Assembly (NCBI GenBank): GCA_044229845.1
Contig: JBGASG010000001.1
Location: 192,001-256,000, forward strand
DNA: 64,000 bases
Direction: 5' to 3'
Source: Candidatus Obscuribacteraceae bacterium
Lineage (GTDB): Bacteria; Cyanobacteriota; Vampirovibrionia; Obscuribacterales; Obscuribacteraceae
Every line of letters begins with the position of its first letter. The first letter of the stretch is position 1. The notes beneath the pieces are model-generated. The model was not told the DNA's origin and ran no database searches. It worked only from the letters and a program-made list of their open reading frames with translations. The position numbers were made by a program, and so were the translations under genes. Shown piece by piece: positions 21,565-30,620 of the stretch.

Positions 21565-21598
21565 GCTGGGCACACGTAGCTGGCAGAGATCAATACAT

Positions 21599-21631
21599 AA
21601 AGAGGGAGGCGGTGTCCGCCTCCCTCTTTCT
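21599..21631 (+). terminator. Intrinsic terminator after ahcY
   Basis: AAAGAGGGAGGCGG-tgt-CCGCCTCCCTCTTT perfect hairpin. Confidence 0.85.
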
Positions 21632-21745
21632 CTCGGTACAACTCGGCTTTCAAGGGTCCCGGCGAGACGGTCAGTGTTGTCTGCGCGAGACAGGCTTTAG
21701 TATGTCTGGGTTGGGTAAATCTTTGATGTTCTGCAATGCGGCAAC

Positions 21746-21822
21746 GTAAGCCTTTTGTAAATGCTCCGGTGAAGAGTCGCTTGTACAGCCGGACTTGATC
21801 GATAGCTCTACAAAGCCCTTAC
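21746..21822. promoter_or_regulatory. Two oppositely oriented GTAAG-N6-GTA(A/G)A direct-repeat boxes (putative OmpR-family sites)
   Basis: GTAAG-cctttt-GTAAA at 21746-21761 (+) and GTAAG-ggcttt-GTAGA at 21807-21822 (-). Confidence 0.45.
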
Positions 21823-21930
21823 AAATCTGGGGCCCGACACATAAAACCTTTACGCCACTAGGAAATATTAGAGCAGGCCGATTCTGCAGGATCGGTCAAG
21901 TCTCCCTGGTAGCGGAAAGAAAGTAGAATC

Positions 21931-23865
21931 ATGATCAAGCCTTCGCTGAACGCAGTGGCACTGTCAGTGTCTCTCGGACTGTTCACTCTGGTTGCGCAAC
22001 CCTGTTTTGCAGATGCAAGTAGCGCCCCGCCCGTATCGAGCTCGCCAGTTCTGGCTCCCGATCAACTTGTGGCGCAGGCTGATGCCAACGCCACTCCCAT
22101 ACCACCCGTAGTGAGCGGCACAGTTGATCTGGAAGAGTTCAAGCCCAGCAATACCATTGATCTGAAGGTCTCGCAATCCAGGACATTCAAGCTAAGAAAC
22201 AAGGTCATTCGCACGTCGATAAGTGACCCTTCCATCGCTGAGCCGGTCGTGGTCGCCGAAAATCAGCTAGTCATGTTGGGAAAGGCGCCGGGCGGAGCTA
22301 CTCTCGTAATCTGGGACGATGCCGGCAACTCAGTGGCGATTGATGTAAGAGTCGCCCGCGACTTTGCCAGTCTGCAATCTATTATTCGAGAAATCGATCC
22401 ACGCATAATTGTGCGCACGTTCTCGGTGGGCGGTAGCGATCGCCTGATCATGATGGGTGATGTCGATCACCCGGAATCCGTGATCCGCGCCTTTGCGGCA
22501 GCCAATGCCTTCATGGACGACAGAGGCATGAACATCATCGTTGCGGGCAGCCGCATCATGGACAAGAGAATCGGCGAAACTGGCGGAACCTCTCAGGGTG
22601 GTCAGCAGGCCGGTACGTTGTCTACCATTGGTCAGACCGACCGCTATACGTTTTTTGGCAATCAAAGTAATAACATCTCCCGCGCCCAGAGCATTGTCAG
22701 TGATGGCGGGCGTGTGACCAGTCTGGTGCGCATACGCAAAGCGCCATTGATTGTCTTGCACTGCACTTTCATGGAAATGAACTCTGCTGCCGTGCGCGAG
22801 CTTGGTGTGCAGCTTGGAGTCGCCTTTACCAGTGACACATTCACCTTCGGGATCGGCGGCAACAACGCCTCCGGAGTCAGCCTTTTGCAGAGCTTTGGGC
22901 AAACGGCTACTGCCGGCTCGTTGAGCACCGCCCCGGTGACTCTTGGTTCTTACTCATCGGTTACCACGGCTGGTGGTACCACCAATCAAAACACAGGCAT
23001 CGGACAGGGTGTGCTCAATGGTGCCCCACCGCTATTGAACGGCACCACTCTCTTTGGTATTCCTGGTGGTGCTACGTTTAACTCCGCTGGCGGGCTGGCT
23101 AATTTGTTTACCGCAGTATCTAACTTCGCCAGCGGCAACAACTCGCGTTGGTCCATTAGTCCCACGCTCCAGGGAGTGATCACACATTCGAGGGCCAGAG
23201 TTCTATCCGAGCCGACGCTGGTGACGATATCCGGCGAGCGGGCAGCTTTCTTGGCGGGCGGGGAGATTCCTATCTTGCAATCGATTGCCACCGCCGGCAC
23301 CGCGGCGCAGTCGGTGGTCTTCGAGCCATTTGGCATGAGACTGAATATGATCCCGATCCTGCTTGAGAATGGCACCATCAATCTGCAAGTCTCACCGGAA
23401 GAACGATTGCTGGACCGTTCCAATGCTCTGAACCTATTTGGTACCGGCACCTCTGCGATTCCAGCTTTTGTGACGCGACGCACGCAAACCACGGTCGAAC
23501 TAAAACCAGGACAAGAACTATTCATCTCTGGATTGGTGTCGAGCAACCATGGACGAGAATTGACCAAGACTCCGATCATCGGGGAAGTGCCCGTTTTAGG
23601 CGCTCTCTACCGGTCAAAAGCGTTCTCTAAGAATGAGTCGGAACTGGTGGTGGCAGTGCGTCCGGAAGTCATCTTGCCTGGTACCCCAGGACAGCTGAAG
23701 TTGCCGGAAGAGATCAGCAAGGTGGAAGGACCTCGCGACACCAACATTCTCCAGGTTGAACCAACAGTTCTGGACGAGAGATACATGCGCACCGGACGCT
23801 CCGAAAGGACTCTGGCACTGCCTGGAACGCTGCCTCCTGACGCCCCGGTGCCGGACAACAAGTAG
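21931..23865 (+). CDS. cpaC: Flp/Tad-type secretin (CpaC/RcpA-like), copy 1
   Basis: Signal peptide, pilus-formation N domain (SISDPSIAEPVVV, GKAPGGATLVIWD), SEPTLVTISGERAAFLAGGEIP, PVLGALYRS, SELVVAVRP. Confidence 0.88.
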   Translation: MIKPSLNAVALSVSLGLFTLVAQPCFADASSAPPVSSSPVLAPDQLVAQADANATPIPPVVSGTVDLEEFKPSNTIDLKVSQSRTFKLRNKVIRTSISDPSIAEPVVVAENQLVMLGKAPGGATLVIWDDAGNSVAIDVRVARDFASLQSIIREIDPRIIVRTFSVGGSDRLIMMGDVDHPESVIRAFAAANAFMDDRGMNIIVAGSRIMDKRIGETGGTSQGGQQAGTLSTIGQTDRYTFFGNQSNNISRAQSIVSDGGRVTSLVRIRKAPLIVLHCTFMEMNSAAVRELGVQLGVAFTSDTFTFGIGGNNASGVSLLQSFGQTATAGSLSTAPVTLGSYSSVTTAGGTTNQNTGIGQGVLNGAPPLLNGTTLFGIPGGATFNSAGGLANLFTAVSNFASGNNSRWSISPTLQGVITHSRARVLSEPTLVTISGERAAFLAGGEIPILQSIATAGTAAQSVVFEPFGMRLNMIPILLENGTINLQVSPEERLLDRSNALNLFGTGTSAIPAFVTRRTQTTVELKPGQELFISGLVSSNHGRELTKTPIIGEVPVLGALYRSKAFSKNESELVVAVRPEVILPGTPGQLKLPEEISKVEGPRDTNILQVEPTVLDERYMRTGRSERTLALPGTLPPDAPVPDNK

Positions 23866-23878
23866 GGTGGACAATTTG

Positions 23879-24148
23879 ATGAACGCTGAAAGCACTGACA
23901 TTCACAGATATTTGGGGCAAGTGATCGTCGAAAGGCGCCAGAAAGCCGGGTGGAGCCAGCGCGAGCTGAGTTTGTACGCCGGAATCCATCGTACTTATGT
24001 GAGCGATATAGAACGCGGCACTCGCAACATTACTGTGTCTGTATTAGAACGCGTCGCCAACGCATTGCAGGTGAGGATGGCAGTGCTATTTCGTGATGCG
24101 GAAGCAGCTCGCAGACGGGACTCCAAAGGACACGGGAAAGTTAGTTAG
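23879..24148 (+). CDS. XRE-family HTH transcriptional regulator
   Basis: WSQRELSLYAGIHRTYVSDIERGTRNITVSVLERVANAL. Confidence 0.88.
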   Translation: MNAESTDIHRYLGQVIVERRQKAGWSQRELSLYAGIHRTYVSDIERGTRNITVSVLERVANALQVRMAVLFRDAEAARRRDSKGHGKVS

Positions 24149-24166
24149 TTAGTTAGTTAGTTAGTT
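24139..24166. repeat. Tetranucleotide microsatellite (AGTT)x7
   Basis: Seven perfect AGTT units overlapping the XRE stop codon. Confidence 0.95.
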
Positions 24167-24209
24167 GATCGCTCCGCCACTTCATTCCCATTTTACACAT
24201 CAAATTCAT

Positions 24210-24821
24210 ATGCACATCAGGTATTTACAGTTATCAGCGATACTCTGTTTCAGCTGCTGCTGTTGGACCTCTGAGGTCTTTGCCGCAAACCAAGAACTTC
24301 CTCAACAGCCGCAGCAAATTAGTAAACCGCGCGTCAGCTCAGCGCGCCCTGAAAAAAACCCTCGTATGCTGCTGATTCAAGGGTGGCATGCGAACCAGAA
24401 CGGAGACTACGCGCTGGGCGCACAACTGGCAACCAGAGCACTGGCAATCGACACGCACGAGATCGATGCTCATCTGGTTCTTGCTCAGGCACTCCAGGGC
24501 ACTTACGAAGAACAAACCGAGAAGGACGAGTCGCTTCTGCTTCAGTGCATGCGGGAATGGCTGATTGTCTATCGCGCGCAAGGTGGCGAGGAAGAAGGAT
24601 TGACTGCACGCGGAGTCGGCGCCTTCACCGACATGTATGCCGACGAAGAACGCGGGCTGAATGCGAAAAAGCAAATGGTCAAGTTGACCGGCATTGCGCC
24701 CAGACTCTGGGAGACCGATGCAGCATACATGAATCGCATTGCTCGACGACGTCAGCGGAATGTGTCAGGCAAGGTGGTGAAGTCATCGCAGCAAAGGCCT
24801 GCCATCCCTGTCGATAAGTAA
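24210..24821 (+). CDS. Secreted TPR-like hypothetical protein, paralog of 33167..33823
   Basis: Signal-peptide-like N terminus, one TPR-like helix pair, shared CxxEWLIVYR and KLTGxAPxxWETD motifs. Confidence 0.7.
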   Translation: MHIRYLQLSAILCFSCCCWTSEVFAANQELPQQPQQISKPRVSSARPEKNPRMLLIQGWHANQNGDYALGAQLATRALAIDTHEIDAHLVLAQALQGTYEEQTEKDESLLLQCMREWLIVYRAQGGEEEGLTARGVGAFTDMYADEERGLNAKKQMVKLTGIAPRLWETDAAYMNRIARRRQRNVSGKVVKSSQQRPAIPVDK

Positions 24822-24934
24822 CAATATCCACATCAGACAAATCTCAGCGTCTTTACGAAACGCTTACAATGTCCAGCGTTCGTGGATGGCGGCGGCTAGT
24901 CGCGCCATCCATTCCCCCTGTTTTGATTCGAGCC

Positions 24935-25585
24935 TTACGGCGCTGGAGGAGAGGGTCGAGAACCCGGTGGTGGCATTTGCCGAGGCAACGGCGGAATTCC
25001 AAGTTCGCGCCGATCGAGCACGTTTCTTAACTGCTTTCTTTGCGCGACTGTCAAAACCTTCATGCTGGCTATCTTTTCGTTGAACATCTCTTTGGCGACA
25101 TCGGATCTGAGCGTGCTCAGTTCATTGAATACGCGCCGCAGTGCGTCTTCATCTATTTGATCTGCGGTTGACAACCGCTCTAGTTGCGTCTGCAGGTCCA
25201 TCATCTTGCCCATCTTGGTTGCTGCTGCTGCGCGCGACTGCCGTTTGATCGCTGCCAGCTGGCTCATCTGGTCATCCGTCAGATCGGGCACGATGCCGGA
25301 GCATCCGGGACCGCCGATGCAAAAGCCCATCGGACCGAACATTGGCGGGGGTGGTGGCATTGGTAATCCGAAAGCCGGGCCGGGCGTGGGTCCGTGCATG
25401 AAAAAGGCGCGACCTCCGGGTCCGAAGCCCGGTCCACCTGGTCCTCCCTCTCCAAACGCTATTAGTTCAGCCGGCGGTACGACTACTTCTTGTTCCGTTT
25501 TGCTTGATGCCGGTGCATGCAGACTCAACGATAACGTCGCCGCCACTGCGGCAGACATCATGGGTTTTGGAATCATAAATTTCAT
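24935..25585 (-). CDS. Spy/CpxP family periplasmic protein
   Basis: Signal peptide, G/P-rich linker, two LTxxQ motifs (LTDDQ, LTVAQR); divergent from an RR-HK pair. Confidence 0.82.
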   Translation of the reverse strand: MKFMIPKPMMSAAVAATLSLSLHAPASSKTEQEVVVPPAELIAFGEGGPGGPGFGPGGRAFFMHGPTPGPAFGLPMPPPPPMFGPMGFCIGGPGCSGIVPDLTDDQMSQLAAIKRQSRAAAATKMGKMMDLQTQLERLSTADQIDEDALRRVFNELSTLRSDVAKEMFNEKIASMKVLTVAQRKQLRNVLDRRELGIPPLPRQMPPPGSRPSPPAP

Positions 25586-25812
25586 AGGCACCTCTATTGC
25601 GGCATCAGGCTGGCATATAAGAACACAAGCAAAATCAGCGTGGACAGGATGTCCCAAGCGCCGATCTCGATGTCAGTTTCTGCTGTCTTCATCGCGACTA
25701 GTTCCATTCAGTTTGAAGCGGTGGTCCACCTGAGCGTATGGCTGCCCATGGCGGCCACCGAATTCACTATGTCGCACACCCGTAAAGACGGAGTGAGCAA
25801 AAAAAGTGATTT

Positions 25813-25828
25813 GTAAGGGATTAGTAAA
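25813..25828. promoter_or_regulatory. CpxR-like direct-repeat box between cpxP-like gene and response regulator
   Basis: GTAAG-ggatta-GTAAA; resembles the CpxR GTAAA-N5-GTAAA box and lies where an autoregulatory site is expected. Confidence 0.5.
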
Positions 25829-25921
25829 GACGCTGGGATGCCGTTGCGCTGAATGGATAGGCTTCCTGATGAGGTATGATCGAGCTGACCAAACTTCCGG
25901 CAACCCGCCTGAGGACAGCGC

Positions 25922-26644
25922 ATGGGCATCAATCAATCAGAATCCGGTGAAGAAACTCCACAGCTTCTTCTTGTTGATGACGACGCAAAGTATTGTCGTT
26001 TGATTGCAAATTATCTATCCACTTTTGGTTACTCAGTGCACGCGGTGCATGACGGCTCGCAAGGGATAAGTGCCGGACTCGAACACCAGTGGCACGCGAT
26101 CATGCTGGACGTGATGCTGCCGGCTGTCGATGGACTGAGTGTTTTGCAGCGCATTCGCAGCAAGTCGAGTGTGCCGATTATGATGCTTACCAATCTTGGA
26201 GATGAAGCCGATCGCATCGTCGGACTGGAGTATGGTGCTGACGATTATGTTTCGAAAACTGCTTCGCCGCGCGAACTCTTAGCCCGCCTGCGTGCGCTTT
26301 TGCGCAGAGCATCGTTTCGTCATGGTGACCACAAAACGATTACCGTTGGTCCTCTCACTATAGATACTGAGGGACACAACGTCATGCTGCATGGGGAAGT
26401 CGTGAAGTTGACTCCTGTGGAGTTTGAGATTCTTTCGTCACTGGCTGGTGCGCATGGACGGGTGAAATCGCGAGAAGATCTGCTCTCCGAGATTCGCGAT
26501 CGCAATTACGACATCTTTGATCGTTCGGTTGATGTCCACATATCAGCGCTCCGTCGCAAGCTGAATGACGATCCGCGCAATCCGCGGCTGATTCATACGG
26601 TGCGAGCGGCAGGATACAAGTTGAGCTTCACGGAAATTGCCTAA
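25922..26644 (+). CDS. OmpR-family response regulator (CpxR-like)
   Basis: LLVDDD, LDVMLP, GADDY, DRSVDVHISALRRKL winged helix. Confidence 0.92.
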   Translation: MGINQSESGEETPQLLLVDDDAKYCRLIANYLSTFGYSVHAVHDGSQGISAGLEHQWHAIMLDVMLPAVDGLSVLQRIRSKSSVPIMMLTNLGDEADRIVGLEYGADDYVSKTASPRELLARLRALLRRASFRHGDHKTITVGPLTIDTEGHNVMLHGEVVKLTPVEFEILSSLAGAHGRVKSREDLLSEIRDRNYDIFDRSVDVHISALRRKLNDDPRNPRLIHTVRAAGYKLSFTEIA

Positions 26645-28319
26645 ACTGCCAAAGCTTTTCTTTCCGCTGCATGTGCAGATCTTTTTGATCTTTGCACTCA
26701 ACATTGTCGTGCTTGGGCTGGCGGCCGTTTGTCTGCGGACCAATGCCTTTCACTGGGGATGGGAGCAGCTGATTTATGAGCCCATTCAGCAGCGCTTCCA
26801 GGGCGTTGCGTTCATGACGCATCACCAGCTGGAGTCCTTGCCTAAGTCATCATGGACTTCTGCACTGGATGATGTGGGGAAGATCTACGGAGTCAAGGTT
26901 TATCTTTTTGATATTACTGGCAAGCAGCTTGCCGGCGAGCCTCTCGAGCTGCCTCCGGCCGTCAAGACGGCAGTGCAGAAAGATGCTGAATTCTTTTTGG
27001 CGCTGCGCGGACCAAATAACATTGCGGTGCCGGCCGGACCTGACGCGATGCCGCCGCCGCCCGTTCGCCCGCATCGCGGGTTTCTTTTGCACACCGATAA
27101 TCCAGGACTCTACTGGATAGGTACAGGTATGCCTCCGATGATCACTCATCGGTTGGCTGAAGGACTTCCATTACCCACACGAGTTTTTATTGCACCTCCA
27201 GGTATGCCTCAGGAGGGATTTCTAGGTATCGGACCAGATGCGCCAATGCAAGGTGATTTTGTTTTCGGCGCTGGAACTGCTGCCCCGGGTGCACCGCTTA
27301 TGCAACCACCGGCCGTCGGGTTCGAGATGCACGGACCAGGTCGACGATTTCCGGACACTTCACTTGTTTTGCTTGCATCGGCTCCAAATCTCTGGACTAC
27401 ACCTCTGTTTGCTGACTTCGGCATGCTGTCTTTGATCGCCGGCGCGATTCTCGTTGGTTCGTTTCTTCTCTGGTGGCCTTACGTGCACGGTATCACTACC
27501 TCGCTTCGCAAAGTAACCATTGCCACCGAACGCATCGCCGAAGGCAAGTTTGACAAACTGCCAACCATTAAAAGACCTGATGAGATCGGGCGTCTATCTC
27601 AAGCTGTGGAAAACATGGCGGAACGATTGCAACGATTGATCTTTGGTCAGAAACGTTTTCTTGGCGACACAGCACACGAACTGGGAGCGCCAATTGCCAG
27701 GCTGCAGGTGGCGCTGGAGTTGCTGAATGCCACCGATCAATCGGAGCGCGACCGAGCGCTGGCTGATATCAAAGAAGATGTAGAGCACATGCGCCTTTTG
27801 ATCAATGAACTACTGGCTTTCTCGCGAGCGGCCCTGCAGAAGGAACCGATTTCGCTCGTGTCTCTCGATTGCAAGACCCTGCTTGAAGCAACTATTGATA
27901 GGCTGAGTATGAATTACCCGATCGAGTTGCACGTGCCTGGCAATCTGCGAGTCATGGGGGATGAGATATTGCTGGAACGGGCTTTTGGCAATGTTCTGCG
28001 CAATGCACAAAGATATGCCGCGACCGGTGATCCATTTGAAGTCACCGCTCAGAAGGCGGGGGCATCAGTTGTGTTTCAGTTTGCCGACCGCGGCCCTGGC
28101 GTACCGGCAGATTCGTTGCGCATGCTGGAGGAACCTTTTTATCGCCCGGAGTCGTCGCGCAGCCGCGAGTCTGGTGGCGTAGGATTGGGCCTGGCAATTG
28201 TGAAAACGTGCGTAGAAACTTGTGGTGGCACCGTCGCCATTCGCAACCGCGAACCACATGGACTGCTGGTAGAAATTGAACTGGCTGCGGAAGACGAGGC
28301 ATCCGTGACCAGTTTGTGA
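26637..28319 (+). CDS. HAMP sensor histidine kinase (CpxA-like) with Pro/Gly-rich periplasmic domain
   Basis: 2 TM helices, HAMP (DEIGRL), H-box AHELGAP, N-box NVLRNA, DRGPG, GGVGLGL. Confidence 0.9.
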   Translation: MPKLPKLFFPLHVQIFLIFALNIVVLGLAAVCLRTNAFHWGWEQLIYEPIQQRFQGVAFMTHHQLESLPKSSWTSALDDVGKIYGVKVYLFDITGKQLAGEPLELPPAVKTAVQKDAEFFLALRGPNNIAVPAGPDAMPPPPVRPHRGFLLHTDNPGLYWIGTGMPPMITHRLAEGLPLPTRVFIAPPGMPQEGFLGIGPDAPMQGDFVFGAGTAAPGAPLMQPPAVGFEMHGPGRRFPDTSLVLLASAPNLWTTPLFADFGMLSLIAGAILVGSFLLWWPYVHGITTSLRKVTIATERIAEGKFDKLPTIKRPDEIGRLSQAVENMAERLQRLIFGQKRFLGDTAHELGAPIARLQVALELLNATDQSERDRALADIKEDVEHMRLLINELLAFSRAALQKEPISLVSLDCKTLLEATIDRLSMNYPIELHVPGNLRVMGDEILLERAFGNVLRNAQRYAATGDPFEVTAQKAGASVVFQFADRGPGVPADSLRMLEEPFYRPESSRSRESGGVGLGLAIVKTCVETCGGTVAIRNREPHGLLVEIELAAEDEASVTSL

Positions 28320-28407
28320 TGATTGGCGCGTTTCGTATTTTCACCATTGCGGTCGTGATAACCGGGGGTTACTGTCAAGTTCCCGCAAAGCCCCGAGGTG
28401 CCACCTG

Positions 28408-30519
28408 ATGTCGCACGATCAGATTACTATTGGGCCGTCTGAAGAATCCGGCCCGCCGAATGGCGTATCCAACGATGGTTATAGGAGAAACGACCAGTTC
28501 CCTGACGATTGCCAGGGCGTCCAAGTTTGTCACGCCTGGGATATGAACAGAGCCGGGGGACCGGGACTGCAGGACGGTGGACCATGGAATGGCGATCCAG
28601 GCATCTGGGCGCAAGGTCCCAGAGGTGGACGCTTCAATGGTGACCCGGGAATCTGGGCGGAAGGTTCTAGAGACGGACGCTGGAATCGCGATCCGGGCAT
28701 CTGGTCTGACTTGCCGCCTGGTGGACCTGGACAGAGACCTGATGGAGGATCGACTGATACCGCAGCCGTCATGAAAGCGGCCTCTGCAGTTTCGCAAGCC
28801 TTGCAGGCAGGCGATCTCGATGCTGCCAGTCAGGCAGCGGCAAATATCGATCCGCGCAGCATTCGTATGGCGAAGATGGATCTCTTCGGCGCCATGCGCG
28901 AAGCTCGTCCGGAAGAACGAATGGATTTGATGCGGCAGGGCCGCGAACTGTCCACATTGCAGCGCGCGTCATTTGCATTTGAATTGATCAATCGGGGCGA
29001 AGACCGAGAAGGCATATTCTTGCTGCACCAGATGCTGGGACGTGGAGGTCACGGACCGCGGGGCGGGCAGCGACCTGAGATTGTTCCAGCTAATTACGAA
29101 GAAGGCGATGATCCGGGGGCACTACCGGCTGATGCCAATCCGAACGCGACGGTAACTGATACTGGTGTGACAGCCGATCCCAATGCGACCGTCACCGATA
29201 CCGGTGTGACAGCCGATCCCAACGCGACAGTCACCGACACCAGCACCGGGCAGGCGACTGCGAATCCCGATGCCAACACGGCGTATCGCGTTGATGCGCA
29301 AGGTCATTTGGTAGACACGCAAAATCAGCTCGTTACCGATTCCAGCGGTAATGCTCTGAGTGTGGACGACCATGGCTTCATTGTTGATGGTCAGGGAGCC
29401 ATGGTCACGGACGGCGCCGGCAACCACTTCGCGCTTGATCTGGCCGGCAAGCCGATCAAGATCGATGCCCAGGGCAACCGTCTGCCTGCCGACGGACAGC
29501 CGGCCACCGACGCCACCGATGGCTACGACTACTCCGGCGATCCGACGCTCAACACGGGTGGCGATCCGACCGCCACCAACAACGGACCGGTCGGTGACGG
29601 CACTTACAACCCTACTTATGAAAGTGACGCCGATACCGGCGACGGCACTACCGTTACGGATGCAACCACCAGCGATACCAGCACTGCGACTTCGCCCTTC
29701 CAGGCTGTTGTTGCGCTCGGGCAGCAAGTGAGACAGACGGGGCAGATGACTCCTGAACTGAAGCAGCAATTCGAAGCTGCTATTCAGCAGGCAGACAGCG
29801 GTCAATCGCCGCGACTTGCCGGGCTGCAAGCCGAATTCTCGCAGAAAGATCAAGAACTCAATTCGGCACTCACTCAGGATGTTGTCACACAAATCAGCGA
29901 CATCAACAATCAATTGATGACAGGCATCTCGCAATTGCCCGATCAAAATCAGCAAGCCCAGGGGCAGGCGTTGCTTTCCATGCTCGACTCAGCAGTCTCT
30001 GCCGAAGACAAGGCTCAGATCCGCGGTCAGCTATTGCAGTTGTTGCCTAACGCCGGATCGCTTCTCGATCAAAGAGACCAGGTCACGGCACCGTTCCAAG
30101 ACAAGCTATTCGCCATCAGTTCGCTCGGACAGGAAATTGCCGCAGAGCAGAACCAGGCGGTATACACCCGTGTGATTTACGCCCAGGCGCTGGCCTCCTC
30201 AGGTGATACCACAACCGCCGGTGGCATCATCGATGAAGCCCTGTCCAAGAACACCGATCAAACCATGGTTGGTTATCTGCAGCAGGTAAAGCAGAGTTTG
30301 AGCGGTGCGCCGGCACCAACTTCCGACACCACATCTGGTGCCGTGACTGATAACACCACCTTAGGTCCCACTTCCCCGGATGCAGGTACCCTCATCCCAC
30401 CGGATACCGGCAGCGTCACTCCACCCGATACAAACAGCGTCACGCCTCCCGACACCGGTACGGGACTGGGGGATACATCCGGACAGAATTCCGATAATCC
30501 TTACGACTTAGGTAGTTGA
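28408..30519 (+). CDS. Large acidic repeat-rich hypothetical protein
   Basis: 703 aa ORF, SD GAGGT; internal GDPGIW, ADPNATVTDTGVT, DxxG and TPPDT repeats. Confidence 0.75.
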   Translation: MSHDQITIGPSEESGPPNGVSNDGYRRNDQFPDDCQGVQVCHAWDMNRAGGPGLQDGGPWNGDPGIWAQGPRGGRFNGDPGIWAEGSRDGRWNRDPGIWSDLPPGGPGQRPDGGSTDTAAVMKAASAVSQALQAGDLDAASQAAANIDPRSIRMAKMDLFGAMREARPEERMDLMRQGRELSTLQRASFAFELINRGEDREGIFLLHQMLGRGGHGPRGGQRPEIVPANYEEGDDPGALPADANPNATVTDTGVTADPNATVTDTGVTADPNATVTDTSTGQATANPDANTAYRVDAQGHLVDTQNQLVTDSSGNALSVDDHGFIVDGQGAMVTDGAGNHFALDLAGKPIKIDAQGNRLPADGQPATDATDGYDYSGDPTLNTGGDPTATNNGPVGDGTYNPTYESDADTGDGTTVTDATTSDTSTATSPFQAVVALGQQVRQTGQMTPELKQQFEAAIQQADSGQSPRLAGLQAEFSQKDQELNSALTQDVVTQISDINNQLMTGISQLPDQNQQAQGQALLSMLDSAVSAEDKAQIRGQLLQLLPNAGSLLDQRDQVTAPFQDKLFAISSLGQEIAAEQNQAVYTRVIYAQALASSGDTTTAGGIIDEALSKNTDQTMVGYLQQVKQSLSGAPAPTSDTTSGAVTDNTTLGPTSPDAGTLIPPDTGSVTPPDTNSVTPPDTGTGLGDTSGQNSDNPYDLGS
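28585..28704 (+). repeat. Coding tandem repeat, 3 x 48 nt ((W/F)NxDPGIW)
   Basis: Units start at 28585, 28633 and 28681. Confidence 0.85.
29134..29241 (+). repeat. Coding tandem repeat, about 3 x 39 nt (ADPNATVTDTGVT)
   Basis: Units start at 29134, 29173 and 29212. Confidence 0.9.
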
Positions 30520-30556
30520 TTCGCCCGCAAAGAGACCCGCAGCTCTGAGGTGAACT

Positions 30557-30614
30557 ACTCGCTCAGTTCCGAACGCCCGTGCGATGCGCGGGAGCGCTCA
30601 GGAATTGGGCGAGT
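30557..30614. repeat. Long imperfect intergenic hairpin between convergent genes
   Basis: ACTCGCTCAGTTCC pairs with GGAATTGGGCGAGT (G-U pairs); inner CCCGTGC/GCGCGGG stem. Confidence 0.65.
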
Positions 30615-30620
30615 CTCTTC

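Noticed and set aside
23879..24148. Restriction-modification controller or toxin-antitoxin pair
   Set aside because: The XRE protein resembles C proteins, but no methylase, nuclease or toxin is adjacent
23756..24148. Extended ORF starts overlapping neighbours (23756, 34024, 3051, 5538, 35382)
   Set aside because: Downstream ATGs with SD or signal-peptide context fit better; the overlaps are ORF-caller artefacts
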